A stretch of DNA of 64,000 nucleotides from an uncultured virus (IMG/VR IMGVR_UViG_3300031232_000001). Taxonomy: Duplodnaviria > Heunggongvirae > Uroviricota > Caudoviricetes. The stretch lies in IMG/VR virus record IMGVR_UViG_3300031232_000001. One strand, given 5' to 3'. Numbering within the stretch: position 1 is the first letter of the stretch; every line of letters starts with the position of its first letter. Shown here piece after piece: positions 1 through 9,372 of the stretch. The notes under the pieces are model-generated. The model saw only the letters and a program-made list of their open reading frames with translations. It was not told the origin of the DNA and did no database searches. A program made the position numbers and the translations under genes.

Positions 1-2
1 TC

Positions 3-770
3 CTCGCTAAAAAGAAAAAGAATGTCCGCCATATATGTCTCCCCGGTGAAATAGAAAACTACAAGGAACAAGTATATCCACCCGAGCTTGCAAAATATTA
101 TGTAAATAATCTCCTAGACCCAGGACGAATGGATTGGGGAGTATTAAAGGATTTAGAGGCTGATTTAGGACAATATGGTTATGCTGGTCAAATAGGACAA
201 AATCCAACCCCTCCAGGCGGGGCAATGTTTCAGGTAGATCACTTCCAAATAATAGATCATCTGCCAGCATCCGTGAATACACAATCAGTAGCAAGATATT
301 GGGACAAGGCAGGCAGTCAAGGTAAAGGCTGTTTTACGGCTGGTGTAAAGATTATGAAACTGTTTACAGGAAAATATATAGTATTAGATTGCAAACGGGG
401 ACAATGGGGTACACACGAAAGGGAACGTATTATAAGGGAGACAGCGGAAGCAGATGGACAGGAAGTTACTCAATATTTGGAACAAGAAGGAGGAAGCGGG
501 GGTAAGGAAAGTGCTGAAAGTACGGTTATTAATTTAGCTGGATATGTTTGCTTACTTGACCACCCTACGGGAGATAAAGTATTCCGTGCTGATCCTTTCA
601 GTGTGCAAGTAAATAATGGTAACGTTATGTTACTACGAGGAGACTGGAATAAGGATTTTATTGATGAATACCGTTTCTTTCCATTTGGTAAACTAAAGGA
701 TCAAGTGGATGCAGGTAGTGCATGTTTTAATAAATTAGCAGGTAAACGTTTAGCGGGGAGGGTAACATAA
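3..770 (+). CDS. terL: Terminase large subunit, C-terminal nuclease part (5'-partial)
   Basis: Frame is open from position 3. RYWDKA, EQEGGSGGKESAE, GDKVFRADPFS and FPFGKLKDQVDA are typical of the TerL C-terminal RNaseH-like domain; lies upstream of the portal. Confidence 0.85.
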   Translation, partial: LAKKKKNVRHICLPGEIENYKEQVYPPELAKYYVNNLLDPGRMDWGVLKDLEADLGQYGYAGQIGQNPTPPGGAMFQVDHFQIIDHLPASVNTQSVARYWDKAGSQGKGCFTAGVKIMKLFTGKYIVLDCKRGQWGTHERERIIRETAEADGQEVTQYLEQEGGSGGKESAESTVINLAGYVCLLDHPTGDKVFRADPFSVQVNNGNVMLLRGDWNKDFIDEYRFFPFGKLKDQVDAGSACFNKLAGKRLAGRVT

Positions 771-771
771 T

Positions 772-1065
772 ATGGAATGTAGTATTTTACCATTTACTAA
801 GGCTCAATTTGAACATCAATGTAATATTGAAGGAGAATTAACATATAACAGAATAAAAGAAATGGAAGAAGAAAACAAAATACACGGTAAAGTTAAATTT
901 TTCAATAAAGAAAAAGGATATGGTTTTGTTAAATCAGGTGTGGATGAATACTTTTTCCATAAATCTAAATGTTTATCTGATAATATAGAGAATGACAGCC
1001 CGGTTTCCTTCGAAATAACATTCACAGCGAGAGGAACGCAAGCAATTAATATAAAACTACTATGA
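772..1065 (+). CDS. Cold-shock domain (OB-fold nucleic-acid binding) protein
   Basis: GKVKFFNKEKGYGFV (RNP1) and YFFHKS (RNP2), ending RGTQAINIK. Confidence 0.85.
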   Translation: MECSILPFTKAQFEHQCNIEGELTYNRIKEMEEENKIHGKVKFFNKEKGYGFVKSGVDEYFFHKSKCLSDNIENDSPVSFEITFTARGTQAINIKLL

Positions 1066-1418
1066 ATCCAAAAATATTTAATGTAGAGGCAGATAATGTA
1101 GACTTGGAATTTACGCAAGGAGACACAATTGATTTGTCTTTTTCTGTTAAAAAGAATAATGTGGTTTACGATATGTCAGGAATGACTATTAATATGACAG
1201 TAAGAACAAAGGATATTAATAATACAATTATTAGGACATTAAGTTCTGATGGGACATCCCCTGCAATAAGTATTTCCACTTCTACCTTGCATTTAGTTTC
1301 ATTAGGTTTTACTGAATCTGGAAAATACCAATATGATATACAGGTAGAGGATTTATCAGATGAGATATTAACAATTGTAAGAGGTAATTTAATAGTGGTA
1401 AAGGAACAAACGGTATGA
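1062..1418 (+). CDS. BppU-like / Ig-like virion-associated protein
   Basis: QGDT...YDMSG...GKYQYDIQV...TIVRGNLIV pattern common in phage beta-sandwich structural proteins. Confidence 0.5.
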   Translation: MNPKIFNVEADNVDLEFTQGDTIDLSFSVKKNNVVYDMSGMTINMTVRTKDINNTIIRTLSSDGTSPAISISTSTLHLVSLGFTESGKYQYDIQVEDLSDEILTIVRGNLIVVKEQTV

Positions 1419-1792
1419 AAAGGGGATTTACAATAACATATTTGAATCCTAAACGATTTAAAATAGGATTTATCCAACGTTCCGTGACTCCTATTGTTGT
1501 TACAGATTTAATATTTAATAGTCCAAATAATACTTATTATCAAATATTGATAGATAATGATGGAAATATGTATACTATCGTTACATCAATTGCAGGTGTC
1601 AATTATTTAGTTATGCACAGTGCAAACGGTGCTGGTTTTAAATTAATGGTAGATAATGAGGGTAATATATATCAACCCAATGAAGTAGTAACTGAAAGCG
1701 GGGTTTTATATAAATTATTGAGAGCTCCTAATGGTGATAATTACTCCCTGACCATATCTAATGATGGAAATTTAATACAAACTAAAATATGA
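1415..1792 (+). CDS. Hypothetical protein with three short beta repeats
   Basis: Three repeats of the form SPN/SAN/APN...(I/V)(D/S)N(D/E)GN; coupled to both neighbours by ATGA overlaps. Confidence 0.45.
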   Translation: MKRGFTITYLNPKRFKIGFIQRSVTPIVVTDLIFNSPNNTYYQILIDNDGNMYTIVTSIAGVNYLVMHSANGAGFKLMVDNEGNIYQPNEVVTESGVLYKLLRAPNGDNYSLTISNDGNLIQTKI

Positions 1793-2604
1793 GAAAACAA
1801 ATTTTATTTATATTATTTATATTTTGTAGTCTATATGGACAATCACAAAATTATGTATTGTATAGACGAGATACATTAAATGGAGGGGGCATTGATAAAA
1901 TAGCCACCGTAAAATTGGTAATGGATCATTCTTTTCCAGGCTTTGGACTAACTAGTACAACAGCCGCATATGGTAATCATAACCATTCTGGAATTTATGA
2001 GCCTGTTTTGGGCAACCCAGGAACTACGGGGTATGTATTAAGTTCAACATCCGCGGGAGTAAGATCTTGGGTTACACAATCAGGTGGCGGAGTAATAACC
2101 ACAGCACCCTTACATGGTACTACCTCTTTAACAATAGACCAAGCAAACACAAGTCAAGGAGGTTATTTAACTTCAACAGATTGGAATAAGTTTAACGGTA
2201 AATTAGATAGTACATACTTGGCAGAGATAAACGGAGAAGATACCCTATACATTTCCTCCGCTCAAATCCTATCAGGCATCAACGACACCCTTGTAACTAC
2301 CAACACAGGTACAACTCAAACTTATTACACCCAATGCCTGCTAAGTTACAGACATGTTTCAACCGCTTACACAGGAGGAACAACTGACACGATTGCGGTG
2401 TTCGGAAAATATAAAGGGGTTAAAAAGAAACTGCTTTACATCTCATCTTCTTACATAACCGAATCTTATTCAGGTCGCGGCCAATTCCCGCTTGCATGGG
2501 ATAAACTTGATCCTGGATCACCTATTTGGGTGCATATTCCGTCATTTTCAACAGGCAATGGAATTTTAAGGATGCGATTTATAAAGAAACAAGAAAATTG
2601 GTAA
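1789..2604 (+). CDS. Signal-peptide-bearing, fibre-like Gly/Thr-rich protein
   Basis: N-terminal MRKQILFILFIFCSLYGQ signal peptide; fibre-type segments AYGNHNH, GYVLSSTSAGVRSW and GYLTSTDWNKFNGK. Confidence 0.5.
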   Translation: MRKQILFILFIFCSLYGQSQNYVLYRRDTLNGGGIDKIATVKLVMDHSFPGFGLTSTTAAYGNHNHSGIYEPVLGNPGTTGYVLSSTSAGVRSWVTQSGGGVITTAPLHGTTSLTIDQANTSQGGYLTSTDWNKFNGKLDSTYLAEINGEDTLYISSAQILSGINDTLVTTNTGTTQTYYTQCLLSYRHVSTAYTGGTTDTIAVFGKYKGVKKKLLYISSSYITESYSGRGQFPLAWDKLDPGSPIWVHIPSFSTGNGILRMRFIKKQENW

Positions 2605-2625
2605 CTAATTTAAAACTATAATATT

Positions 2626-3654
2626 ATGAAGAAAATTATTTTTACACTAACATTTATTTTGAGTTCTGTCCTGATGTTCGGACAATCAGTAACAATGACA
2701 ATTAACGGGGCTTATGCTGATAGTTCAGGCAATGCAAGGAACTCTAATAAGCTACAAGGTAAAGATAGTACTGCACTGTTGGCTTATACAAAGGTTTTAG
2801 TGTCATCTTTAGGAATGCCTACTTGCGTTCAGGGAGATTTGTTGTACGGATCAGGTACAAATACTTATTCTAAACTTGCAAAGAACACAACTGCTACAAG
2901 ATACCTTGCTAATACGGGTACAACAAACAATCCAGCTTGGGCTCAAATAGCATTAGGAACGGGAGTATCAGGAACATTGGGTTATGCGAATGGGGGTACT
3001 AATGCGACAACTCAGATTAATGCAAAAACAAACATGAATTATTGGACATTACAAACTGCAAGCGTGAATTATAATGGTTCGGTAGGGGTAAATATGAATA
3101 GGGCTCCAAATTATGCTTTTGAAAGTTTAGGTTATGCAAGGTTTGAGGCAACAATGCATAATTTAACGGCCTACCCTTATCAGTTTATTAATCTGCAAAA
3201 TGATTCAGCAGCAAATGGCTTAACTATTTTAGCATGTTCAGACGGCAATACAACATATGGCGGAGTATGGATAAATTTTTGTGATGCAGGAAATGTATCT
3301 TATGGACAAATATATCAAGATCCTTTAACCGGTTCAGCAATTCTAACAACTCCATCGGACGTAAATTTGAAAAAAAATATAATTGACACTAAATTAGATA
3401 TTAATACTTTAATGCAAATTAAAGTTAGAGATTATCAATTTAAAAAATCAAAATATCAAAGTACTGGTTTTATAGCACAGGAACTTTACGCTATTTACCC
3501 TTCATTGGTTTATAAACCAAAAGATTCTAAAAGCAATTGGCAGGTTAACTATCAGGGATTGATCCCTCTCCTTGTAAAATCTATACAAGATCAACAGGCA
3601 GAAATATCAGATTTAACAAAAAGAATAGAAAAGTTAGAAAAGTTGATTAAATGA
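2626..3654 (+). CDS. Signal-peptide-bearing fibre-like protein with C-terminal intramolecular chaperone (Peptidase_S74-like)
   Basis: Signal peptide MKKIIFTLTFILSSVLMFGQ; SDVNLKKNI...GFIAQEL...VNYQGLIPLLVKSIQD followed by a coiled coil. Confidence 0.75.
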   Translation: MKKIIFTLTFILSSVLMFGQSVTMTINGAYADSSGNARNSNKLQGKDSTALLAYTKVLVSSLGMPTCVQGDLLYGSGTNTYSKLAKNTTATRYLANTGTTNNPAWAQIALGTGVSGTLGYANGGTNATTQINAKTNMNYWTLQTASVNYNGSVGVNMNRAPNYAFESLGYARFEATMHNLTAYPYQFINLQNDSAANGLTILACSDGNTTYGGVWINFCDAGNVSYGQIYQDPLTGSAILTTPSDVNLKKNIIDTKLDINTLMQIKVRDYQFKKSKYQSTGFIAQELYAIYPSLVYKPKDSKSNWQVNYQGLIPLLVKSIQDQQAEISDLTKRIEKLEKLIK

Positions 3655-3719
3655 AATATTGGTTTATCATATTATTTTTTTTATCCATCAACCTTTCCGC
3701 TCAGAAGTGGACGGAATGA
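3651..3719 (+). pseudogene. Probable truncated exported-protein gene (signal peptide only, 22 aa)
   Basis: ATGA-coupled to the previous stop; reads MKYWFIILFFLSINLSAQKWTE*. Confidence 0.4.
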
Positions 3720-3770
3720 AAAAGTACTGATACCCTGAAATGTAATAGTTTAAATTAAAAAATTAATATT

Positions 3771-4037
3771 ATGAAAGACCTTTTTAAAATAAACAAAATA
3801 GCCATGTATATACTGGCGGGAATAATTGTAATTGGTTTTTTTGTACTAATGTATATTTTAATGTTTGTCCATATACCAATAGAAAATGTAAATACGGCTA
3901 ATTTAGCAATTGGGGCTTTGATAGGTTCATTTACAAATATAATTGGTTACTTTTTTGGATCATCTTCAGGAAGTGCTGAAAAAACACAATTATTGAATAA
4001 AAAAGAAGAAATCAAAGAAATAACACCAGTACAATGA
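3771..4037 (+). CDS. Small two-TM membrane protein (holin-like)
   Basis: Two hydrophobic helices then GYFFGSSSGS, a motif common in phage holin-like proteins. Confidence 0.55.
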   Translation: MKDLFKINKIAMYILAGIIVIGFFVLMYILMFVHIPIENVNTANLAIGALIGSFTNIIGYFFGSSSGSAEKTQLLNKKEEIKEITPVQ

Positions 4038-4507
4038 GCTTTATTCAATTATTTATTTGGGTATTAAGCTTACTATTATTGGAAGCAATGTGGGATGGAA
4101 ATGATTTCATCTACCATAAGACCGCAAAACAAATATACGGATACACATCTCACATAATGCAATTATTATTATTTGCATCTATTTTTATGTTTGGTATGAA
4201 AATAGGATATTTATGTGGATTCGGTACAGGGCATTTTAATTACACGGCACTATTATACGTGTTACTAGGGTATGCAACATTAAGAGTTTCCATATTTAAT
4301 GTAGTGTATAATAAATTTGTAGGGAATCCTGCAATGTTTATCGGAACATCCAATTTATATGATCGGTTGTTAAATTTAATTATTCGATTATTACAGAAAT
4401 GCGGTTTAACCGACATTCGATATTTTAATATGGTATACGGAAATATACTTGTATTATCGTTTTTCTTTGCTTGCTGGTTTATTAACGATGCAATAAACAA
4501 TTTATAA
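4034..4507 (+). CDS. Hypothetical multi-pass membrane protein
   Basis: About four hydrophobic segments. Confidence 0.5.
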   Translation: MSFIQLFIWVLSLLLLEAMWDGNDFIYHKTAKQIYGYTSHIMQLLLFASIFMFGMKIGYLCGFGTGHFNYTALLYVLLGYATLRVSIFNVVYNKFVGNPAMFIGTSNLYDRLLNLIIRLLQKCGLTDIRYFNMVYGNILVLSFFFACWFINDAINNL

Positions 4508-5931
4508 TGAAAAGAACAAAACATACTTCCATACAAACTAATGAACAATTACAAACGTTGGCAAGTGAATTGGTTACACGTGCCTCAATTGCTGCAAAGC
4601 TTGGTCAACAGTATAGTGGTAAGCGGGATTTATATGAGGCATTAGGGTATAAAACAACTTTAATTTATTCAGACTACCTGACCCAATACTGTCGCCAAGA
4701 CATAGCTAAGGCAATAATTGATAAACCTTGCAAAGGAACATGGAAAGGTGATATATTAATTAGGGAAAATAAGGATGATAATGAAACAGCCTTGGAGAAA
4801 GCCTGGACAGACTTAGTTGATGTATTACACTTAAAAGATAAATTTCAAAGGGTAGATAGGCTGGCAGGCTTAGGCAAATATGGAATTTTATTATTAGGTT
4901 TATCTGATGTTAGAACAACGGAAGATTGGATCAAACCAGTTTCCTCTTCTAAATTAAAATATGTAAAGCCTTTCGGAGAAGGAACTGCTATTATACAAAC
5001 GTATGAATCTGATACAAGTAATGAACGGTTCGGAATGCCTCTTATTTATTCAATAAGCATTCAGGATGCAGTCAACGGAACATCATCGGTTATTAGTGTT
5101 CATTATTCCAGAATAATTCATATAGTGGATGATATATTGGAATCGGAAATAGAAGGTTTTCCACGTCTTGAACCTGTGTTTAATCGATTGATGGACATTG
5201 AGAAGATTGTAGGAGGTGATGGTGAGATGTTTTGGAGAAATGCACGTCCTGGTTTTGCAGGAAAATTAGATGATAACTTTCAAATCACTCCTGCCGCCAA
5301 AAAAGATATAAACGACCAAATAGAGGAATATGATCACAATTTAAAGCGAATTTTAATAAATACAGGATTAGATTTAAAACCCTTATCTCAGCCCGTGCAT
5401 GATCCTAAAAATCATGTGGACGTACAAATTCAAATGATTTCAGCACAAACCTCAATTCCAAAACGAGTTCTAACAGGAAGCGAACGCGGAGAATTAAGTT
5501 CCTCACAGGATGCAGATGAGTGGAAAACATTTTTACAGGACAGACGGGAGTCCCATGCGGAAATAAGAATATTACGACCATTTATTGATCGAATGATTGA
5601 ATTCAAGATATTACCCAAACCATCAACAGGTAAATATGTCATTCAGTGGTCGGATTTATTTGCAATGTCAGAAAAAGAACGCACGGAAATAGGCAAGAAT
5701 AGATCCACAGCAATTAAGGATTATGTAGCAAATCCTGTGGCAGAGGCAATTTTCCCACCAAAGGCATTTATGCAATTTTGTTTAGGATTAGATGAGGATC
5801 AAATTGAATTAGTAGATGAAATGGTAGGAGCAGGGATGACAGAGGAACAAATAGCACAATTATTAAATCCTGAACCTGCTCAGCCTGATCCTAATCAACC
5901 AGATAATACAAACCCACAAATAACAGAATAA
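4507..5931 (+). CDS. Portal protein (DUF1073-like family)
   Basis: 474 aa with IAKAIIDKP, VHYSRIIH and IPKRVLTGSERGELSSSQD motifs; sits between terminase and head morphogenesis genes. Confidence 0.85.
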   Translation: MKRTKHTSIQTNEQLQTLASELVTRASIAAKLGQQYSGKRDLYEALGYKTTLIYSDYLTQYCRQDIAKAIIDKPCKGTWKGDILIRENKDDNETALEKAWTDLVDVLHLKDKFQRVDRLAGLGKYGILLLGLSDVRTTEDWIKPVSSSKLKYVKPFGEGTAIIQTYESDTSNERFGMPLIYSISIQDAVNGTSSVISVHYSRIIHIVDDILESEIEGFPRLEPVFNRLMDIEKIVGGDGEMFWRNARPGFAGKLDDNFQITPAAKKDINDQIEEYDHNLKRILINTGLDLKPLSQPVHDPKNHVDVQIQMISAQTSIPKRVLTGSERGELSSSQDADEWKTFLQDRRESHAEIRILRPFIDRMIEFKILPKPSTGKYVIQWSDLFAMSEKERTEIGKNRSTAIKDYVANPVAEAIFPPKAFMQFCLGLDEDQIELVDEMVGAGMTEEQIAQLLNPEPAQPDPNQPDNTNPQITE

Positions 5932-5932
5932 T

Positions 5933-6127
5933 ATGAAGGAAGAAGTAAAATTATTAACCGTACCAGACCCTAATATTTCAAAAATAATTGAATTTTTCGG
6001 GTTGGATATTAATGTTGTAAAGTCAGTTGATATTCACATTGAAATCGGAAAACCTGTAACATTAATGGTTTACCAATACACAAACCCACAGAATGATATT
6101 CAATTAGAATTAAAAAAGAATGACTAA
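5933..6127 (+). CDS. Hypothetical protein
   Basis: 64-aa ORF packed between portal and head morphogenesis genes. Confidence 0.45.
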   Translation: MKEEVKLLTVPDPNISKIIEFFGLDINVVKSVDIHIEIGKPVTLMVYQYTNPQNDIQLELKKND

Positions 6128-7064
6128 TACCAAAACATATTCCGTTTTGTCTGCACAATATGATCCTTCGCAAACCACCGCGTTGCGTAATGCTTTTGCT
6201 CGGGAAATGAAACGTAGGTTTGCTGAATTAACAGCAATTATTTATAAGGCAATTGTACAGGAAGACTGTTTTGGTTTGAACACACAACGACCATTAATCC
6301 AACAGATGCAAACGCCTGGGCAAAGTGCTTTTGCATTCGGACGCACTGATGTTAAGATGGCAGAGTTCATGAAGTGGGTGCAGGATCAGGTAGATAAAGG
6401 AATTTTAGAAGTTAAGAATATACAACAAGTGGGGGTTGGAGTTGAGGGGGCTTGGACTAATAGATATGTGTTTGACTCGTATAAACGAGGTGTTATTCGT
6501 GCCCGGTATGAATTAAAGAAGGCGGGATTTTCTGTTCCGTCAGTTGAGGACACAGGAGGGATTGAAATATCTATGTCCACCCCCTTTCATTTGGATAGAT
6601 TAGGAATATTATACACCCAAACATATGCACAATTAAAGGGTGTAACGGCTGCAATGGATACACAAATTAGTCGGATTTTAGCGCAAGGTTTAGCAGATGG
6701 GGATAATCCTCGTGCAATTGCCCGTAAATTAGTAGCTACTATAAACGGAACTAATATGGGGGATCTTACAATTACCGACACACTAGGCAGATTTATCCCA
6801 GCCGCAAGACGTGCCGAGATGATTGCACGCACGGAAATAATCCGTGCTCATCATCAGGCAACAATACAGGAATACAGAAATTGGGCAGTTGAAGGAGTAA
6901 TGGTACAGGTTGAATGGATGACGGCTGGAGATAAGCGTGTTTGCTCACGGTGTGAATCAATGGCAAAAGGAAGTCCATATACCTTAGATCAAATACAAAA
7001 TCTTATTCCAAACCACCCTCAATGCAGATGTGTAGCAATTCCAATGAAATTAACCTTTAAATAA
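6120..7064 (+). CDS. Head morphogenesis protein (SPP1 gp7 / MuF-like)
   Basis: RAEMIARTE...W.TAGDKRVCSRC...HPQCRC. Confidence 0.85.
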   Translation: MTNTKTYSVLSAQYDPSQTTALRNAFAREMKRRFAELTAIIYKAIVQEDCFGLNTQRPLIQQMQTPGQSAFAFGRTDVKMAEFMKWVQDQVDKGILEVKNIQQVGVGVEGAWTNRYVFDSYKRGVIRARYELKKAGFSVPSVEDTGGIEISMSTPFHLDRLGILYTQTYAQLKGVTAAMDTQISRILAQGLADGDNPRAIARKLVATINGTNMGDLTITDTLGRFIPAARRAEMIARTEIIRAHHQATIQEYRNWAVEGVMVQVEWMTAGDKRVCSRCESMAKGSPYTLDQIQNLIPNHPQCRCVAIPMKLTFK

Positions 7065-7072
7065 ATATAATT

Positions 7073-7111
7073 ATGCAAGATCCAGATCCACCAAAACCAC
7101 CGAAATCATGA
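7073..7111 (+). CDS. Putative 12-aa Pro-rich micropeptide MQDPDPPKPPKS
   Basis: AT-rich leader; fills the gap after gp7; its stop overlaps the next ATG (ATGA). Confidence 0.35.
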   Translation: MQDPDPPKPPKS

Positions 7112-7485
7112 GAGTAGCAGATAGATTAATTTTAACAGGAATCATCTATATGTTGATTTTTTCCATATATATGATTTGGTCCGATAAACCAATTGTTTAT
7201 AAATACTTTTGGCGTACGTATTTCTACCTAATGATATACAGTTTACCTATGGTAATGTATATTATTATTATTCCTTTATGTTATAATTATCCGCAGGCAT
7301 TATTATTATGCTGGTCTTTAATCTTATTTTTTGCGGGTTTTATAGTTTTTAATTTAATACTGATCAATAAGGAGTATACAGTATTTTATAATTATTGTAC
7401 ATCTCAATTGTATAGGTATATATTTACTGGGTTTATTATGTTACTTATTTTTATTAGTTTATTTGTTAAATGCTTCATTAAATAA
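7108..7485 (+). CDS. Hypothetical four-TM membrane protein
   Basis: Four hydrophobic helices. Confidence 0.55.
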   Translation: MRVADRLILTGIIYMLIFSIYMIWSDKPIVYKYFWRTYFYLMIYSLPMVMYIIIIPLCYNYPQALLLCWSLILFFAGFIVFNLILINKEYTVFYNYCTSQLYRYIFTGFIMLLIFISLFVKCFIK

Positions 7486-7493
7486 AAATAGTT

Positions 7494-7856
7494 ATGGGTA
7501 GATATTTTTGGCAACCAATATTGGGATGGGTTTCTGGATTTGTGTTATGTATTATTATAACGTCGGTTGTTCTAAAGTTAGGCTGGAAAAGTCCATACGA
7601 GGTCCTATTGTGGGGATATGCCACAATTGGGTCAGTTAGTGTATTTGCGTGGACTCAATTTGCAGTAAGAAAAAAAGAAGATCGTATGGAACTAGAAAGT
7701 AAATTGAAGGAAAAGGCAGATGTGAAGGATATTGATAATTTAAAATGTCAAATTGATATAATGCATCAAACGGTAGAGCATATCGCACAAAGTCAGCAGG
7801 AGGAACACGCAACCATCGATAACATTTATAATTTAATGTTAAATAAGAAATTATGA
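7494..7856 (+). CDS. Hypothetical membrane protein with C-terminal coiled coil
   Basis: Two TM segments followed by a heptad-rich tail. Confidence 0.5.
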   Translation: MGRYFWQPILGWVSGFVLCIIITSVVLKLGWKSPYEVLLWGYATIGSVSVFAWTQFAVRKKEDRMELESKLKEKADVKDIDNLKCQIDIMHQTVEHIAQSQQEEHATIDNIYNLMLNKKL

Positions 7857-9352
7857 AACGTACGAAAGGTAATTTAATACAGGTAAACTTTCAAAACAAT
7901 AGTTACACAATACAAAAGGTAACGCATCAAGGAAAGCCTTTTATTGTTGTTCCTGTAACTATGATGGTTGAAGGTGTGCATAGTGGTAGTTTAGGACCTC
8001 TTCTTCATACCATTGATGAATTAGGAAAGTACCCCGCTTCGTGGGATGGAATTCCTGTCGTAATTGATCATCCTCAGATAAATGGCATTTATGTTTCAGC
8101 TAATTCACCAGACATAATTGATACCCGTACCGTAGGACGTGTTTATAATACACATGTAGACGGAAGTAGATTACGGGCAGAGGCTTGGTTAGATGAGGCT
8201 AGTTTAACACAAATATCTGAAAATACATTAACACAAATAAACGAACAGGAAATGGTAGAGGTATCGGTAGGCGTTTTTACCGATAACGAACCTGTAAACG
8301 GAGATTGGAACGGAGAACAATATAGTGCCATTGCACGTAATCATCGACCAGATCACTTAGCCCTCCTGCCCGGCGGGACTGGTGCATGTTCAATCGAAGA
8401 CGGTTGTGGTATTAGAGTAAATAAGAAAGGAGGAATAAATGTGGAAGTATTAAAAATTAAAGATGCAATCAAATTATTAAGCAATTCTGGGTTTAATATT
8501 TCTGAAATGAACGTAATGGAGGACGGATACAATGTCAAAATGGAAATAATCCGTAGGAAAATAGATAGTTTGGATTCGGAAACTGTTTATAATTATATGG
8601 AAGAACTTTTTGATACCTACGTTATCTACAATGTTCGGAACAGAAATGAAGGCGGAAATAAATTATTCCGTCAAGATTATAGGATTGTAAATGATCAGGC
8701 AGAATTAATTGGAGATCCTGTCGAGGTCGTTAAGAAAGTGGATATTGAGTATTCTCCAATTCAAAGTAATACCAGTATGAAAAGAACTAAATTTAATAAC
8801 AAGGAGGTCAATCAAATGAATGAATGCGGACAGTGCATGGAAAAAGTGGTGGCTATTATAAACAGCAATTCCACCCCGTACACGGCAGAACACAGAGAAT
8901 GGTTATTGACACAAAAGGAATCTTTTTTGGATCAAATTTTACCAAGTGATTACAAAAAACAACAACCTGATGTTAACACCGCTCCTGCTGCAAGTGTAAC
9001 GGCTGAACAAATTTTAAGTGTTTTAAACAGTATGAAGCCCGAGGATAGGGTTAAATTGTATGCCGAGGAAGATCGTCAAGCCCTTACAGCATTTAAAAAA
9101 CAAATTGCTGATAAAAGGACTGTAATGATTGCGGGGATACAGGCAAACACTTCAAAGGAACAATGGCCGGTAGAGGAATTAAATACAATGTCAGATTCTC
9201 AATTGGAACGTTTGTTAAATTCTGTAAAGAAAACAGAATTTGAAACGATGGATTATTCCTTAAATGGAAATACAAGGAACGTAAATACAAATACTTCTTT
9301 GGATGAAATTGAACCATTGTACCCATGCGGTATTGAAATTGAAAAGAAATAA
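7853..9352 (+). CDS. Prohead protease/scaffold (DUF2213-like N-terminal domain)
   Basis: PVVIDHP, EVSVG and DHLALLPGGTGACS motifs; helical C-terminus; lies upstream of the capsid genes. Confidence 0.8.
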   Translation: MKRTKGNLIQVNFQNNSYTIQKVTHQGKPFIVVPVTMMVEGVHSGSLGPLLHTIDELGKYPASWDGIPVVIDHPQINGIYVSANSPDIIDTRTVGRVYNTHVDGSRLRAEAWLDEASLTQISENTLTQINEQEMVEVSVGVFTDNEPVNGDWNGEQYSAIARNHRPDHLALLPGGTGACSIEDGCGIRVNKKGGINVEVLKIKDAIKLLSNSGFNISEMNVMEDGYNVKMEIIRRKIDSLDSETVYNYMEELFDTYVIYNVRNRNEGGNKLFRQDYRIVNDQAELIGDPVEVVKKVDIEYSPIQSNTSMKRTKFNNKEVNQMNECGQCMEKVVAIINSNSTPYTAEHREWLLTQKESFLDQILPSDYKKQQPDVNTAPAASVTAEQILSVLNSMKPEDRVKLYAEEDRQALTAFKKQIADKRTVMIAGIQANTSKEQWPVEELNTMSDSQLERLLNSVKKTEFETMDYSLNGNTRNVNTNTSLDEIEPLYPCGIEIEKK

Positions 9353-9372
9353 AACGAAAGGAGGAAAAATAA

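Noticed and set aside
3717..3719. Stop-codon reassignment suggested by the TGA after a signal peptide
   Set aside because: Conserved genes are intact in the standard code, and TGA, TAG and TAA all end genes normally.
4507..5931. Anti-CBASS Acb1 label sometimes attached to this family
   Set aside because: Size, motifs and position fit a portal protein; no paired HxT phosphoesterase motifs were recognised.
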